In this document: piece after piece, positions 12,864 to 29,509 of the stretch | Layout of the letters: each line of letters begins with the position of its first letter | How positions within the stretch are numbered: position 1 is the stretch's first letter | Source of the DNA: the human T2T-CHM13v2.0 reference genome, Homo sapiens | Length of the DNA: 64,000 nt | Strand: one strand, 5' to 3' | Assembly (NCBI RefSeq): GCF_009914755.1 | Contig: NC_060937.1 | Translations under genes and position numbers: made by a program | Notes under the pieces: model-generated | The model's database searches: none | Told to the model about the DNA's origin: nothing | The model's input: only the letters and a program-made list of their open reading frames with translations

Positions 12864-13189
12864 TTTTTTGGTTTTTGTTTTGTTTTTTGTTTGTTTGTTT
12901 GTTTTTTGACATGGAGTCTCACTCTGTACCCCAAGCTGGAGTGCAGAGGCATGACCTTGGCTCACTGCAACTTCTGCCTCCCGGGTTCAAGCAATTCTCC
13001 TGACTCAGCCTCCTGAATAGCTGGGATTACAGGCATGTGCCACCATGCCCGGCTAATCTTTGTATTTTTAATAGAGACAGGGTTTCACCACCTTGGACAG
13101 GCTGGTCTCAAACTCTTGACCTCAGGTGATCCACCTGCCTCGGCCTCCCAAAGTGCTGGGATTACAAGCGTGAGCCACTACGCCCGGCC
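12864..13189 (-). mobile_element. Alu (AluS-like) with (TTTG)n tail
   Basis: Antisense dimer ending CGCCCGGCC. Confidence 0.97.
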
Positions 13190-13349
13190 AAGTTTTTGTT
13201 TTTAATGACCAAAAACTTTAGCATGAGAAATATTAATAATAAAAATAAATGCTTGGCTTTCATTCAATTTAGTCATAAATATAAGGCATTTTTATATTCA
13301 TTATTCTTTGCTGCAATCCTAATTTTTTTCTTCAATTGCAGCCTGGCCT

Positions 13350-15130
13350 TTTTTTTTGTATGTTACCTTAAATTTAGGAAATTTTCAAATGTATACAATA
13401 GTAGCTACTTTTATTTCAATTTTACCCCCCTAGCACTAATTATTTTGAAGCAAACCTTAGAAATCATTTTATATTTTTAAATATGGAAATCCAAATTACC
13501 ACTAACATACTTAAAAAATAACATTAACTACTCAATACAATTAAACATGAGTTGGTATTCACATGTCCATATCTTTCTTTCTTAACTTTTTATTATGCAG
13601 AATTTTGAACCTACACCAGAGTAGATAAAATAGCACAATAATCTCTTATATGTACATCATTTGACCCCAACAATCATCAACCCTTAGTCTTTCTGGCCTC
13701 ATCCACATCCCTCTACACTTCTGAAGCAAATCCCAGACTTTATGTCCTTTCTGTAAATATTTTAAATGTATCCGTGAAAGATAAAGACTCTGACATAACT
13801 ACAGTACCAGTATCACAGGCAACGCAGTAATAATTCCTTATACAATGTTTAAATTTTCTTAACTCATAAATGTCAAAAATATTTTCACAGTTTAAAAAAA
13901 TGAGGATACTTTTTAAAAATGGAATTTAAAGATCTGTACATTGCAATTGATTGACGTCCTTTAGGTTTTCTTTGATATTAATTGTTCCTTTACCACTTCT
14001 TACTTTTTTCCTTGCTATACATTTTGAAGAAACTGTGTTGTTTGCCCTATAAAGGTCCCCACAGTCTGGATTCTGGCGATTGTAGCCCCGTGGTATAGTT
14101 TAGCGTGTTTCTCTGTCATCCGTATTTCCTGTACATTGGTAGTTAGAGCTAGAGGCTTAATCATATTCAGGTATTTTTGTCAAGCCTATGTCATACAGGA
14201 TTTCTATTTTTCCACTGGGGGATGCACAACATTTCGTTACCACTAGCTTTGTGATATTACTATTCATTCATGTTCAATGACTGGATCCATCACTTCATTA
14301 GGGATTACAAAATGGTAATATTCCTCACTTCAATTATTAGTTGGAATCCTTCTATAATGAGAAACTTTCTTCATCTTCTACTTAGCTATCTGATGGTACA
14401 GTTCATATTAGAAAGGCAGAGTAGATGCTTGATTCTTTCTCCTCAATTAGTTTCAAGTAATAAGCTGGTTCCTTGGCATCCTCCTGTGGCGATCAATTCA
14501 TTTTTCTTTTAAGAGTAATATTATGAACTCATAAATTTAAACATATTTGAACCATTTATATTCACTGAAGTAATTCTTTTTCATGCTCAGATTTCCCCAT
14601 CTTTAGCCAAGTTAGCTCTGAGTTTTTCTAATATGACCCTAGTAGTCTTTGATGCCTTCCTTGCTATCTAATAGGACAAGATTTTCTATATGCACACTGT
14701 AAATCATGCCTGAAATTGGCCACATTTCCTAGGAGCACTGGTTCCTTTTAGTGGGAAGTGATACTAGAGCCAACAGTCTATTATTAGGGCTGTTCATTGG
14801 TACTTCATTGTCCTAAAATTATCTTTATAATCTTTTATGTAGTTTACTGTTTGAATTGGGATACAACTAAGTTCCATACATTACTATTGGTTATTGTATC
14901 ACTAAGATTGTTTTAAACTACAGGTTCCCTCATGCATTTTTGCCATGTGGCGGTGGTGTTGAAGAAGAAGAAAAAGAAGGAGGAGGAGAAAGAGGAAGAA
15001 CTTTCCAGTTTCCCGTATCTGGATTTTGCTAACCTCGTCCCATGGTCTTTTACCACGTTCCTCTGTTTCTTGTTTTCCTGTATATTCATTGTTGGATCTA
15101 GAGGCTTGATTAATCCAAGGCTTTACTGAT
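13350..15130 (-). mobile_element. Old L1MC-like 3' region(s)
   Basis: AT-rich antisense L1 3' UTR pattern (TTTTTATTATG...TTTTGAAGCAAA...AAGAAACTG...CCCACAGTCTGGATT...TCTAGAGGCTTGATT), with internally repeated blocks. Confidence 0.6.
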
Positions 15131-16609
15131 TTTATTTTCTCTCCTAGCTTTCAATTTGTTCCAATTTTATATAAGTGAAATATATTTGATTTACTTACCC
15201 AAATGCATCAAAAAATCTCAGAGAGAGAAATGCTACTCAAAAGCACCCCAAATATTATTCATCTCTATACATTGCAGTATAAATGACCTACCTTTAATTC
15301 CCACAAAAATAAAAATAAGGCCAGGAGATAAACAAGACTGAAAAAGACACAGCATCATATGCAAAAGATTCCTCTTGTCTTCCAATGTGCCACTTTTCTT
15401 TGCTTCTCTCTAAATTACTACAAGAACAGGACTCCTACCTTACAGCAGGTCCTATGTGGCCTATCCCACTCCGTCACCCTCAGTATCTTCTAATTCAGAT
15501 CAATATAAACATTCATTTTTAAGAGAAAGAATTTGAGCATCCAGGCCTGTGCCTTCTATGGTTATTCTTTGCCAGACTATAAGTAAACTTGGTTATCCAA
15601 AGCTCAAGAAAAATAACCAAACTTTTCTCTTTGCAAAAACATTTTGTTATCAGTCTTCCAGAAGCTTCTAGATATTAATCTGAGGCTGGAGGGCTGGGGA
15701 AGGGGGAGAGGAGATAAAGAAACTCTCAGTTAACCAATCCATTGGTCATGAGTATGAACCAAGATCATGGTCCTGTATCAACAGCCTTAGTGTAATTGGA
15801 TTCATAGAGAATATAATGAGGAAAATGTGCTATATACAAATGATTTTGCAGAATAAATAGCACTATGAGCAGAGATTAAATTTGAAGGGGGCTGAAATCA
15901 TGCAGCAGCTTAATCTCAGCTCAGAATTTCCTCAGATACAGAAGTCTACCACTTGAACAGTGCACATTTCAACAATGAGCTGATTGAGTGCCACACGAAA
16001 GGAAAGAACTGAGTGAAGTGGGCTCAGAGCACGTTCATGGAGCCTGGCACAGTTTGGTCCCATTGGCATTGCTCACTGCACTCAATCAGTGGTGCAGAGG
16101 TGAAGCGAGGAAGGCAGAGGAGCATCTTGAGCAGGGCCAGTTTATGGAGCAAACTGTGAACCCTGCGTGCAGTCTCTGCAGTCTCTGCTGCTCACAGCCC
16201 CTCTAACCTGGAACTATGATCTGTCTTTCCCCCTGAGCCTCTGCCTTGCCTGTACCTGAACAAACCCCGAGGAAACAGTATGCTAATAGCCTCCAGCTTC
16301 TCCTAGAATGTCTCAGGATGGGTGAAGTTACTGATATCTCCGAGGTGTGCCCTGAGCATCTTGATATCCTTGAAACCCTTCCACCTCTGGCTTCAGCCAT
16401 CCATTCCACTGAACTGGCCTCTCTCCCAGTTCCAATCTGGTTTCCACTAAAACGTGTTCCCCCTGAGCTTCATGCAACTGGATCCTGACACTGTGCTGTG
16501 GATGCTGTGTCTGGGCCTCCTGCATTTGTAGCCCAGTGACACAGTCTTTCAGGTGCTGCCACCATCCCAGTCCCTACCCCCAACCCCCATGGGAGAGGGC
16601 ACCGGGCCA

Positions 16610-16751
16610 CAAGTTTTGGGATCAAGCCCAAGCTCTAAAAATTTCCTGCAATTTAATCATCCTGTGAGTTCCCATTTCCTCATCAGAAAGTTAGGGATAC
16701 TATTAACTAGCCTCCGCACTGTTGAGAGTGGTTAAATAAAAGCAGGGTATG
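16610..16751 (+). mobile_element. MIR (target site of the L1PA insertion)
   Basis: CATTTCCTCATCAGAAAGTTAGGGATACTAT...TGTTGAGAGTGGTTAAAT resembles the MIR core. Confidence 0.65.
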
Positions 16752-20431
<3,680 letters not shown>

Positions 20432-21182
20432 CAGGGTATGATGAATAGGTTGTGATGCTTCACTTCTGTCTAGGGCTTGTCTTCACATCAGCTTTCTGTG
20501 TGATAGGTATTTCTCTAGGAATGACCTTTGGGAAACCTGATGCCTTTATCTCTATAGAGTCAGCTTAGTGAGAATTCTGAGTAACATAACACTCAGGACA
20601 CTGGTGTCCCTCTGCAGCTGCCTCCTACATATTCTTCAGGACCCTTCTGGGTCTTTCAGATAGTAAGCAATGTAGTTTGGAGCACCCTGAAGTAGGCCAA
20701 ATGGTCAATAGCATAGCAAGAGCCTGGCCAGACCACCAGGCAGCTACCAAAAGAAGAAAGATGGATTCTTTAAATCTCACAGCAGCTCACCCAGGAAACA
20801 ATTTCACATGAGCACAGTGTGAAAAGTCTTATAGAACCAGCACTGTATCACTGGGCTAAAGTCAATCCCATTGGAACCACTGTCAACAGAGCCACCTTTG
20901 AAAACAACAGGTAGATTTAAACATAATTAACTAGGTCTATGTAATGTGGCCAAACACTAATGTGACCTATTTCACAACGCACACGGCAAAACCAAATGGA
21001 TATGGTTAGAATATTTAGAGAAATTTGCTCTAAACAAACACATACTGTTCAACAATATAATTTAATGTCCAATATATTGCAAACAAGTCAAAAGGAATAG
21101 AAGATTCCAACAGCTAAATACTTACCCTTCTCTAGGAAACAGGTTAAAACTGGAGGTGTTTGTCACAGTCACGTTTGGCCCC

Positions 21183-21552
21183 TGTATTAGTCCATTTTCA
21201 TACTGCTATGAAGAAATACCCAAGACTGGGTAATTTATAAAGAAAAAAAGGTTTCGTGAACTCACAGTTCCACATGGCTGGCGAGGCCTCACAATCAAGG
21301 CAGAAGGCAAGGGAGGAGCACAGGCACATCTTACATAGCAGAAGGAAGGACAAGTGCTGAGCAAAAGGGGGAAAAGCCCCTTAAGAAACCATTAGATCTC
21401 GTGAGAACTCACTCACTATCATGAGAACAGCATGAGGTTAACCACTCCCATGATTCAATTACCTCCCAGCAGGTCCCTCCCACAACATGTGGGGATTATG
21501 GGAACTACAATTCAAAATGAGATTCTGGTGGGGACACAGCCAAACCGTATCA
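21183..21552 (-). mobile_element. THE1-type (THE1C-like) MaLR solo LTR
   Basis: TGTATTAGTCCATTTTCATACTGCT...GGGGACACAGCCAAACCGTATCA; TG...CA termini, 370 bp. Confidence 0.95.
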
Positions 21553-21639
21553 GTCCTTGAACAAAAGCTCTTCTGTTCACAGGGGAAGGATGCTGAGCTG
21601 ATAAAGATAGTCAGAAGAGGGTTAATTCACACCAGAAAC

Positions 21640-21795
21640 CTCTATGCAGCAAATACTGCGTGTCAGGCATTGTGGGAGGGAGTTGCATATACTTTCTCAG
21701 TTAATTCTCACAGGACGCCATTTGCCCAATGAGGAAATCAGCTCAGAGAATTAGTGACACACCCAAGGATGCAGGGCCTGCAAGTATGGAAGTTA
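21640..21795 (-). mobile_element. MIR
   Basis: TGTGTCAGGCATTGTG...TTAATTCTCACA...ATGAGGAAATCAGCTCAGAGA...CCCAAGG. Confidence 0.7.
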
Positions 21796-22164
21796 AGGAT
21801 CTTTTTCCATTTTAACCCCACAGACTTCTTTGCAAAAGGCGGGCTTAAAATAAAGCACTTCCCACTCCGGCCAGTGTGACAAACCTCCTTGTACATGTGC
21901 AGTGGTCATAGTGTATGTGTAGTCAGGGGATGAGACTTTTTGAAAGCCTCTGGGCAGCCATTTAGGCAGCTGCCAGATAACAGGTCTACCCTAGGCATCG
22001 CCACTCAGTATGGGAAACACGGTTACTGTCTTGTCCCTGTGAAACCACAATTAAAATGGAGCTCTATGGAGTAATATTTATATTTTAATAAGTCAAAAAT
22101 GATGCCTTGCAGAGTGGACACTAGTCCTGGGGTTTCTATTACATAAGATTATCAAAATGCAATT

Positions 22165-22709
22165 CCAGCCAAGATGCTAGCATGGTGGTGATGAGGGTGT
22201 AAACTGACACAGACTTTTTGGTAAAAGCTATTAAAATGTAAAATATGTAAATCTTTTGAAACGATATTTTCTTACCTGAAATTTAACTATAGTAGTACCA
22301 TATAGTACCCAAGGAGATATATATATATATATACACACACAAGAACATTCATTTCAGTATTGCTTATAAAAGTGAAAAATTAAGAGCAACCCACATATCC
22401 ACCAATGGGAATTGGCTAAATAAATTATAGTACACACAGAAAATGTAATATTCTGCAGCCACTAAAAAATGCAAATGTGCGTTGACATGAAAAAGATGCC
22501 CAAGATATGTTGCTGAAAGGAAAAAAAGCAAACTGCAAGACAGCATGCATAAAATTATCCCATTTGTGTAAATAATAACACATATGGCTGTATATGTGTA
22601 GGGAGAAGATCTGGAAGGATATTCACCAAAATATTCACTGTGGCTATTTCTGGGGGATGGAAGTAGGAAGGTTTCTACTTTCTATTTTTTATATTTCTAC
22701 TCTTTTAGA

Positions 22710-22746
<37 letters not shown>

Positions 22747-22762
22747 TTTACAATTAAAAAAG
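22165..22762 (+). mobile_element. Old L1ME-like 3' portion containing two (TA)n runs
   Basis: GTGTAAACTG...CAACCCACATATCCACCAATGGG...TAAATAAATTATAGTAC...GCAGCCACTAAAAA...TCTGGAAGGATATTCACCAAAAT. Confidence 0.8.
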
Positions 22763-23904
22763 TAACAAAGATTTTTGTTCTGTTTTTAGTTTGGAACTTG
22801 GTGTTTGGTATATGAGAACCTAACTCAGTATGTTCAAATCTGAAACTAGAAAGATAAAAAGAGAACTGAAAATCTCCAAGTGGTGATTCTCATATGAACC
22901 ATACTTGAGAAATAACTATATATGAGTATGGATTTGTTGGTAGCCTTCAAACGCACAGCTGCCAATATACCTATTGTTGGTGATTCAAAATTTTCTTGAG
23001 ATTTTTGTGGAAAACAGCAGAGTTATACTACGTTTGCATGACTCTCCTCCCTAAAATTCACTTACATGAACAAAACTGGAGTCTGTTTTTTTGGTTGGAT
23101 CTGTAAGTTTTTCCATTAAACAGTCAAATTTATTTTCAAGGAGAAAATTCCATGAGAGTGTGTTTGGGGGCCTCCAGCCTTAATGTAAAGGTTCATGAGA
23201 TCATATCTACAAAGCTGAACGTTTTCCAACCAATTCTGTCCCTGGACACGTCTAAAGTTTGCATATGCTGTACAATGCACAACCCCATGGAGCAATGTTA
23301 AGTGACAGTGCCTGGGGTGCACCTGTGACCTGGCAACAAAGGCCAGTACAAATAACAGATTGCTGAAAAATTAATTCACAATGAGAATGATCTATCAATT
23401 AAGTCAGCTAATACATGTGATAGCACATGAGGACCTTCTCTCCTTTGAACTAATGGCAAGTTGAGAATTATCAAAGGTTAAAAGGCAGGCATGGATTCAC
23501 AACAAGAGCAGGAAGTTATGAAACCTGGGTGTGTTATGTTATTGGCCAAAACAGCCTGGTATGTCCATCTCCACAGTACAATTACATCTTCTCAAGGGCT
23601 CAGATGCTGTTCCCCCATCCAGCCAGGAGACACCCTCTCTCAAGGAAACAACCAACTACTGGCTCTTCATCTCTGTTTTTATATCCCCCTTCTGAAACAC
23701 ACTACCTTACAATTGATTAGATTTCTGCTGTTGCTTTGTTTACAATCATATTCTACTTCTGCCTCCATGAGCTCATTCTCTGAATCACCTGGAATCTGAT
23801 TCAGATGTCTGCAAGTTCTACAGATAGACCAATTCTTACACAGCTTTCTCAGGTGGCTAATCACATCCATGGTGTGAGATTTTACTAGCTTTACTTTGAG
23901 AAGA

Positions 23905-24275
23905 TATAGTTGTCAGAATAGGCTATAATGATGTAACAAGTACATCAAAATCACAGTGGTTTGGCAAACGATTGATTTCATGTTCTTGCAAAGTCTGACA
24001 GGAGATGGCAGGGCCCTCCTCCCTCTGGGGAGTCTGCATCCATGCCCCACTCATTCTGTGATCTACCTAGCACCACATGGCTGCAGGATCACTGCAGCAG
24101 GGGAAGACAGAGATGAGAGACAGCACTGGCTCTTAAGCACCTCAGCCAGAAGTGACACTCTGATTTCCCACTCACATTTCTTTGACCAGAGCTAGTTATG
24201 TGACCAATCTGATCGCAAAGGATGCTGGGGAATATGGTGGACCGCCAGATTATTTGGAGAGCGATAGCTGCATCT
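23905..24275 (-). mobile_element. Old MLT1-type LTR
   Basis: GTAACAAG...AAAATCACAGTGG...CTCACATTTCTTTGACCAGAGCTAGTTATGTGACC...AAGGATGCTGGG. Confidence 0.7.
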
Positions 24276-24605
24276 GAAACTGAGCTGCCCTATTTACAGG
24301 TTTTGAAAAGCACTTTACTCTCACCCCCTTCTACCAGCAATAGCTGTAATCAGAGGGTATTGATGCTCCAGAACGGCTCTCTTGGCCCCTTCCTAATTTT
24401 ACTTATCAACGTGCTTCAAATCATCTACTGCGAGTCTAAAAATCTGGCTTAAACTTGGATACAGAGTAAGATGCAGCTTCGTCCTTGAGAAGCGCCTAAT
24501 CTAATACCAGAGACAGTATGTTAATAAAAATAATATGATCATGCTATTTGACTATAACACAAAACACACAATACATACAAAGATACAATATAAATATATA
24601 TAATA

Positions 24606-24921
24606 CAGTTGGCCCGTTGCATCTAAGGGTTCCACATCTGTGAATTCAACCAACTACAGATGGAAAAATAGTCAAATAAATAAATAAAAACAATTTAAAA
24701 ATATAAATTTTTAAAATACAGAATAACAACTATTTCCATAGCCTTTGCATTGTGTTAGGTACTGTAAGTAATCTAGAGATGATTTAAAGTAAGTGAGAGG
24801 AAGTGCATAGGTTAACATGAAATGACTACAGCATTTTATATAAAGGACTTGAGCATCCTCAGATTTTGGTATGTGCAGGGGGTTCTGGAACCAATCCCCC
24901 AAGGATACCAAGGGACAGCTG
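24606..24921. mobile_element. MER2 (TcMar-Tigger MITE)
   Basis: TA|CAGTTGGCCC...GGTTCCACATCTGTGAATTCAACCAAC...GGATACCAAGGGACAGCTG|TA; terminal inverted repeats with TA TSD. Confidence 0.92.
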
Positions 24922-25429
24922 TATATATTTAGAGATCTAACTTGTTACAAAGAAGAATTAGATGAAGACTAGACTAAACGTACAAGTCAAGTTTTATTAG
25001 AGAAATAATTCCATTGTGAAGAATTGGGGATGTGAACTTCGAGACGGCAGAATTTTAATTATATTTCAAAAGGCTCTTGAAAAGTAGGGAAGCATGAAAG
25101 AGCATGAACCAAGTCAGGGGATGTGAGATTTGTGGTATCACGGGGTGGTTGAGTGGGGAAGACTGGTTTGATGTGTCTGGGTCGTAGATTAACAAGCAGG
25201 GAAGGAAATGGCTGGAGATGGATGGGCAAGGTAGGTTGAGGCCTTGAGGGCCACAGGCTGGCTTGGACTTTAGTCTAAAGACAATGGGACATATTGTTGG
25301 TCTGGGACAAAGGAAAATAACTAAACCTCCTTTAGAAAGATAACTCAGGTAGCAGAGTTGAGACTTATTGCAGAGGCTGCAGAGAAGGCATTTATTCCTG
25401 ACATCCATCTCCTGCCAGTAACTTCCCCA

Positions 25430-25672
25430 GGTTGAACCTCCTGAAGTACCCATGGCCACTGAACTTTTCCAGATGTCCACATCCTGGACACAGCAGTTAC
25501 TCATCCAAACAACTCCCTCTTCCTCTACCACGCTCAATGCATCAGCAAATGCTGTTGGCTCTGCCTTCAGAACAAATCCCAAATCTGACCACTCACTCTC
25601 AGCTCCTCCACTACACCCTAGTCAAAGCTGCCACCCTCCCTCAGAGTGATCCTTGAAGAACCTAAGTCATTT
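25430..25672 (+). mobile_element. L2 fragment (continues at about 26310-26730)
   Basis: CAGCAAATGCTGTTGGCTCTGCCTTCAGAA...CAGAGTGATCCTT...AAGTCA; resumes with CCAGTAGCTTTCCATCACACTCAGAATGAAATGCAAA after the inserted elements. Confidence 0.75.
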
Positions 25673-25739
25673 GTATCTCTTCTTTTGTTTGTTATTTACT
25701 TTTCAAACATATATTTTAGGTTAAAAAATAAATAAAACT

Positions 25740-26060
25740 AGCCGGGTGCAGTGGCTCACGCCTGTAATCCCAGCACTTTGGGAGGCCGAGGCAGGCAGAT
25801 CACGAGGTCAGGAGATCGAGACCATCCTGGCTAACACGGTGAAACCCCGTCTCTACTAAAAATACAAAAAATTAGCCGGGCGCGGTCGCGGGTGCCTGTA
25901 GTCCCAGCTACTCAGGAGGCTGAGGCAGGAGAATGGCGTGAACCCGGGAGGCGGAGCTTGCGGTGAGCCGAGATGGCGCCACTGCAGTCCGGCCTGGGTG
26001 ACAGAGCGAGACTCCGTCTCAAAAAAATAAATAAATAAAATAAATAAATAAATAAATAAA
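25740..26060 (+). mobile_element. AluY-lineage element with (TAAA)n tail
   Basis: AluY diagnostics GAGATCGAGACCATCCTGGCTAACACGG and GAATGGCGTGAACCCGGGAGGCGGAGCTTGC; CpG-rich; TSD AAATAAATAAAACT. Confidence 0.97.
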
Positions 26061-26094
26061 ACTGTTGGGAGTGGTATGGTATTTTTTCAAGGAT

Positions 26095-26188
26095 TTTTTA
26101 ATTTATTTTTTATTTCAATGGGTTTTTAGGGAGCAGGTGGTGTTTGGTTACATGAATAAGTTCTTTAGCGGTGATTTCTGAGATTTTG
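26095..26188 (-). mobile_element. Short L1 3'-terminal fragment (L1PB/old L1PA-like)
   Basis: Antisense of CAAAATCTCAGAAATCACCGCTAAAGAACTTATTCATGTAACCAAACACCACCTG plus A tail. Confidence 0.85.
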
Positions 26189-26218
26189 TTGTATATCTGC
26201 TTTTGAAAAATGTCTGTA

Positions 26219-26310
26219 CACAAAAAGCCCATAATTCATCACTACGCAAATATTCATGTAACGAAACTGCACTTGTACCCTTTAAATGTACACGCAAAAA
26301 AAGAAAGAAT
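26219..26310 (+). mobile_element. Short L1PB-like 3'-terminal fragment
   Basis: AAAAGCCCA...TTCATCACTACGCAA...CATGTAACGAAACTGCACTTGTACCC plus A tail. Confidence 0.8.
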
Positions 26311-26730
26311 CTTTCAGAGCTCCAAGCCCCCAGTAGCTTTCCATCACACTCAGAATGAAATGCAAAGTAGCTGCCTGATCTTCATCCTTGCAGCCTGGCT
26401 GACCCTGGCTGGCCCACCCCACCCTCCACCTCACCCTGCTCCAGCCACACTGACCCCCCAGCTGCTCCTTCCACTCCAAGCCTGCTCTCATCTCAAGGCT
26501 TCAGAATGAGCTGTTTGTTCCCTGTCCCTTTGGTCGGCCCACATCAGAGAGGTCCTCGCTGAGCCTCCTGCTAAAGAGTAGCCCTTCCCATGCACCGCTG
26601 ACCGTACAGGGCCCCCAGAGGCTTCCACTCTCTGAGCCCTCAGCCCTGCCTGCATTTGCAGGCCTCCACCATGCCTGGCGCACAGCAAGCCTGCAGTAAA
26701 CATGATGCATGTTCCATCATGCAGTTAATG
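26310..26730 (+). mobile_element. L2 3' portion
   Basis: CTCCAGCCACACTG...TCAGAGAGGTCCTC...CCATGCCTGGCGCACAGCAAG. Confidence 0.65.
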
Positions 26731-29509
26731 AAGGGCAAATTCGGACCACCAAATGGAATTAAAACTAGTCTAATCTGCTAAGAGCCACACAGCCGCTATT
26801 CCTCCCTCATAGACCCTAACATATCTCTCAGACCATGTTATCGTCCAACATTTCTACTAAAGTTAATTCAGGCCCAGGGTTGAGGCCCCTGCCTCCTAGT
26901 TAGGACACGAGCATTTAACAAGAGCAGTCAGAAGCCAAAGGGACCTGGGAGTCCACAAAGCCATATCAGCTACACGGCAGGTACCAGCCCTGTGCCTGTT
27001 TCAGGGCTGGTGGGGTGGGAGGTGGCGTAGGAGGTGGCGGAGAAGACCCCAGCGCCCTTGCCAGACAGCTGGGTGTTGAGGCCTGTGTGCTCCCTGCAGC
27101 CAGTCAGGCACCTCTCAGACCTCGTCAGTTTTTCCCATAAGTAAAATGAGGGGTGCAGCGCCTGTGCCCAGTGTTCTTACAGCTGTAGAACTAAGCAATG
27201 GGCAGCGGGTGTGCAGCAAAGGTGTAGGACAGGCCCACCGAGGGGCAGGCAGTCCCTCCTCGCACGGGGCTCCCCTTCTCAGGAGTGCGATGGCTCATGC
27301 TTCTGGGAATGTGGTGCGGAAAAGCTCACTTGGAATCTCTTTGAGAGCCACGGAATGGTTCCTAGGAAGCCGTGGAAGTTCACATCCTGCTTGACAAATT
27401 CTTTTAAGTTTAACAAGGGTAATGGAGGGATATGTAGCCATTAACCCAGTAAATGAGGAACAGTGCCTTTTGTCAGTGCCATTTTATACTAAGCCATTTC
27501 TTCAGAAGCTGAACTCTTAACCTCAATACTTCATTATTTCTCTTGTTAAGATATTACGACAAAAGATGGAGATCAAATACAACTAGCAGATGCCTTAGAG
27601 TGAGCTCTAGCCAAGATGGCTGCCAACTGTAATGGTTCTTTGAAAACTGAAGGGGGGAATTTGCTACATTTGATAGAAATCAGCACAAATAAGCTATAAC
27701 CTGGTTGTTCTTTTCAAAGTGTTCCTCCCACGCCCCCACGTAGGGCTTAGAGCATATGTCTCCATTCTGACTATGTATGAGAGTCACCTAGAACACTGTG
27801 GTGTCAGCAGAGATTCATGATTTAATTGGTGTAGGGTGTGGTCTCACACCTGGCTAGAAAATGCAGCCCTGATAAACGTACCCCTATGTTCACACCTGTG
27901 TTGGGACAGCCAAGACCACTCCTCTTCCCCATTCTTAGGGCTATTCCCCAACCTTCAACCCCCAATGCCCCACCACCATGCTCCATCAAAGGGCTTGTGT
28001 GCTGGCTTCCCTGGGCACACTCATCTTCTTCTGGCTGCCCTGACGGAAACTTTGTCATAGTGATTCTGAAAGAACACAGCCAAGCTCCCTGGCTGCCATT
28101 TATTTGGGCGACTGGAAGCTGAGAAGGAAAAAAAATAGGGCAAGAGGAGAAAGTTTTACTTCTGCCCCACCATCCTGTCTATCCACACAACTCATTTTAA
28201 CAACGACATTGCCACATTTATTCTGCCATTTGTCTCCTACAAAGGATATGTCATTTTCAGCTACAAATAACAGTGATCTACATTAGCCTATGAGAAGTTT
28301 ATGATCATGCTGGGAGATATGGAACCCAGGTTAGCCTATGCACGTTTCATAAATAAATAAATAAGATTCCAAAGATTAGGTGACTTAAATCAGGCCTCCC
28401 AGACTTTGGGACTTAATACATTGGGAAAAGAAAAAAAATGTAATAGTGAGACAGGCATATTTATTTTGTCCATTGACATTTTTAAATACCACCTACTATC
28501 ACTATAATTTCAAAATGAAGGAGATTTTAACAACAACAAAAAGAAAAGAAAGACCCTTATCTCAGAATTAAGAAAGTCCTTACAATTGAATAAACGCAGG
28601 CTTAGAGAAAATTAAATCCATTGTTTTTCTTTTTCTGCATTTTAATGCACATGGTAAAAACTTTGTCATAGACTAGCATGGTCCAAGGACCTGCATCTGG
28701 GAACTATTGAGTTAGAGCACAGAATTTCAGAATTACAAAATACCTTATAAATAACCATGTTCAACCACCCCTATGATGCTTGAGTTCCTTGTACAATATA
28801 CTTGACTAATGTATGTCCAGCTAGTTGTAAGAACAGCATTTTGATGAGGCCATTTTGACACATGGACATCTTGACATGTGAAGCATAAAATTATAAATGA
28901 GGCTTTCTGGTTACAGCAGAAAATATCAATTACGCTAAAATACAAATAAATAGAAGTAACTATTTTTGTATTTTCAGCTCTAACCCCAGCTCCACCCCAG
29001 AGATCTGTCACTCATCTTCAGGGTCATCATATCCCCATCCTTGTGCTACTCAAAAGGGACAAGTGAAGGGTAGGTGGGCCCCAGGGATGGAGCCTGGGTC
29101 AGGGAAGAGAAGAGGCAGGCTGAAAGAGGGTGTAAGGAGATGTGCCAACAACATCTGTTTCCCACTTAATTTAAAAGAGAGGAGCAAGTTTAATAGTAGG
29201 AATGAAACCATTTGCTATGTTCTGCTCTTGCCCAAAGGGTTTGATTCTATCCTAAAAGGCATTTGGTGTCAAAATGACCACCTCAATGCATGGCATCAAA
29301 ATTTCCATGGCATCAAAACACCCATGTCAGAATTGCAGAATTTGGTGTAATTATCCCCAACAGCAACAATCTGAAGTATCTTTAGACATTTGCAACTATA
29401 AGAAAGATCCTTCTGACATGCAATTAAAATGCATTTCTGCATGGCTTCTGCTGGGGTCCCAGACTTCACTTCTAAGGCCTCATAAAAGGAATCTAATTCC
29501 TCTTCCCCA

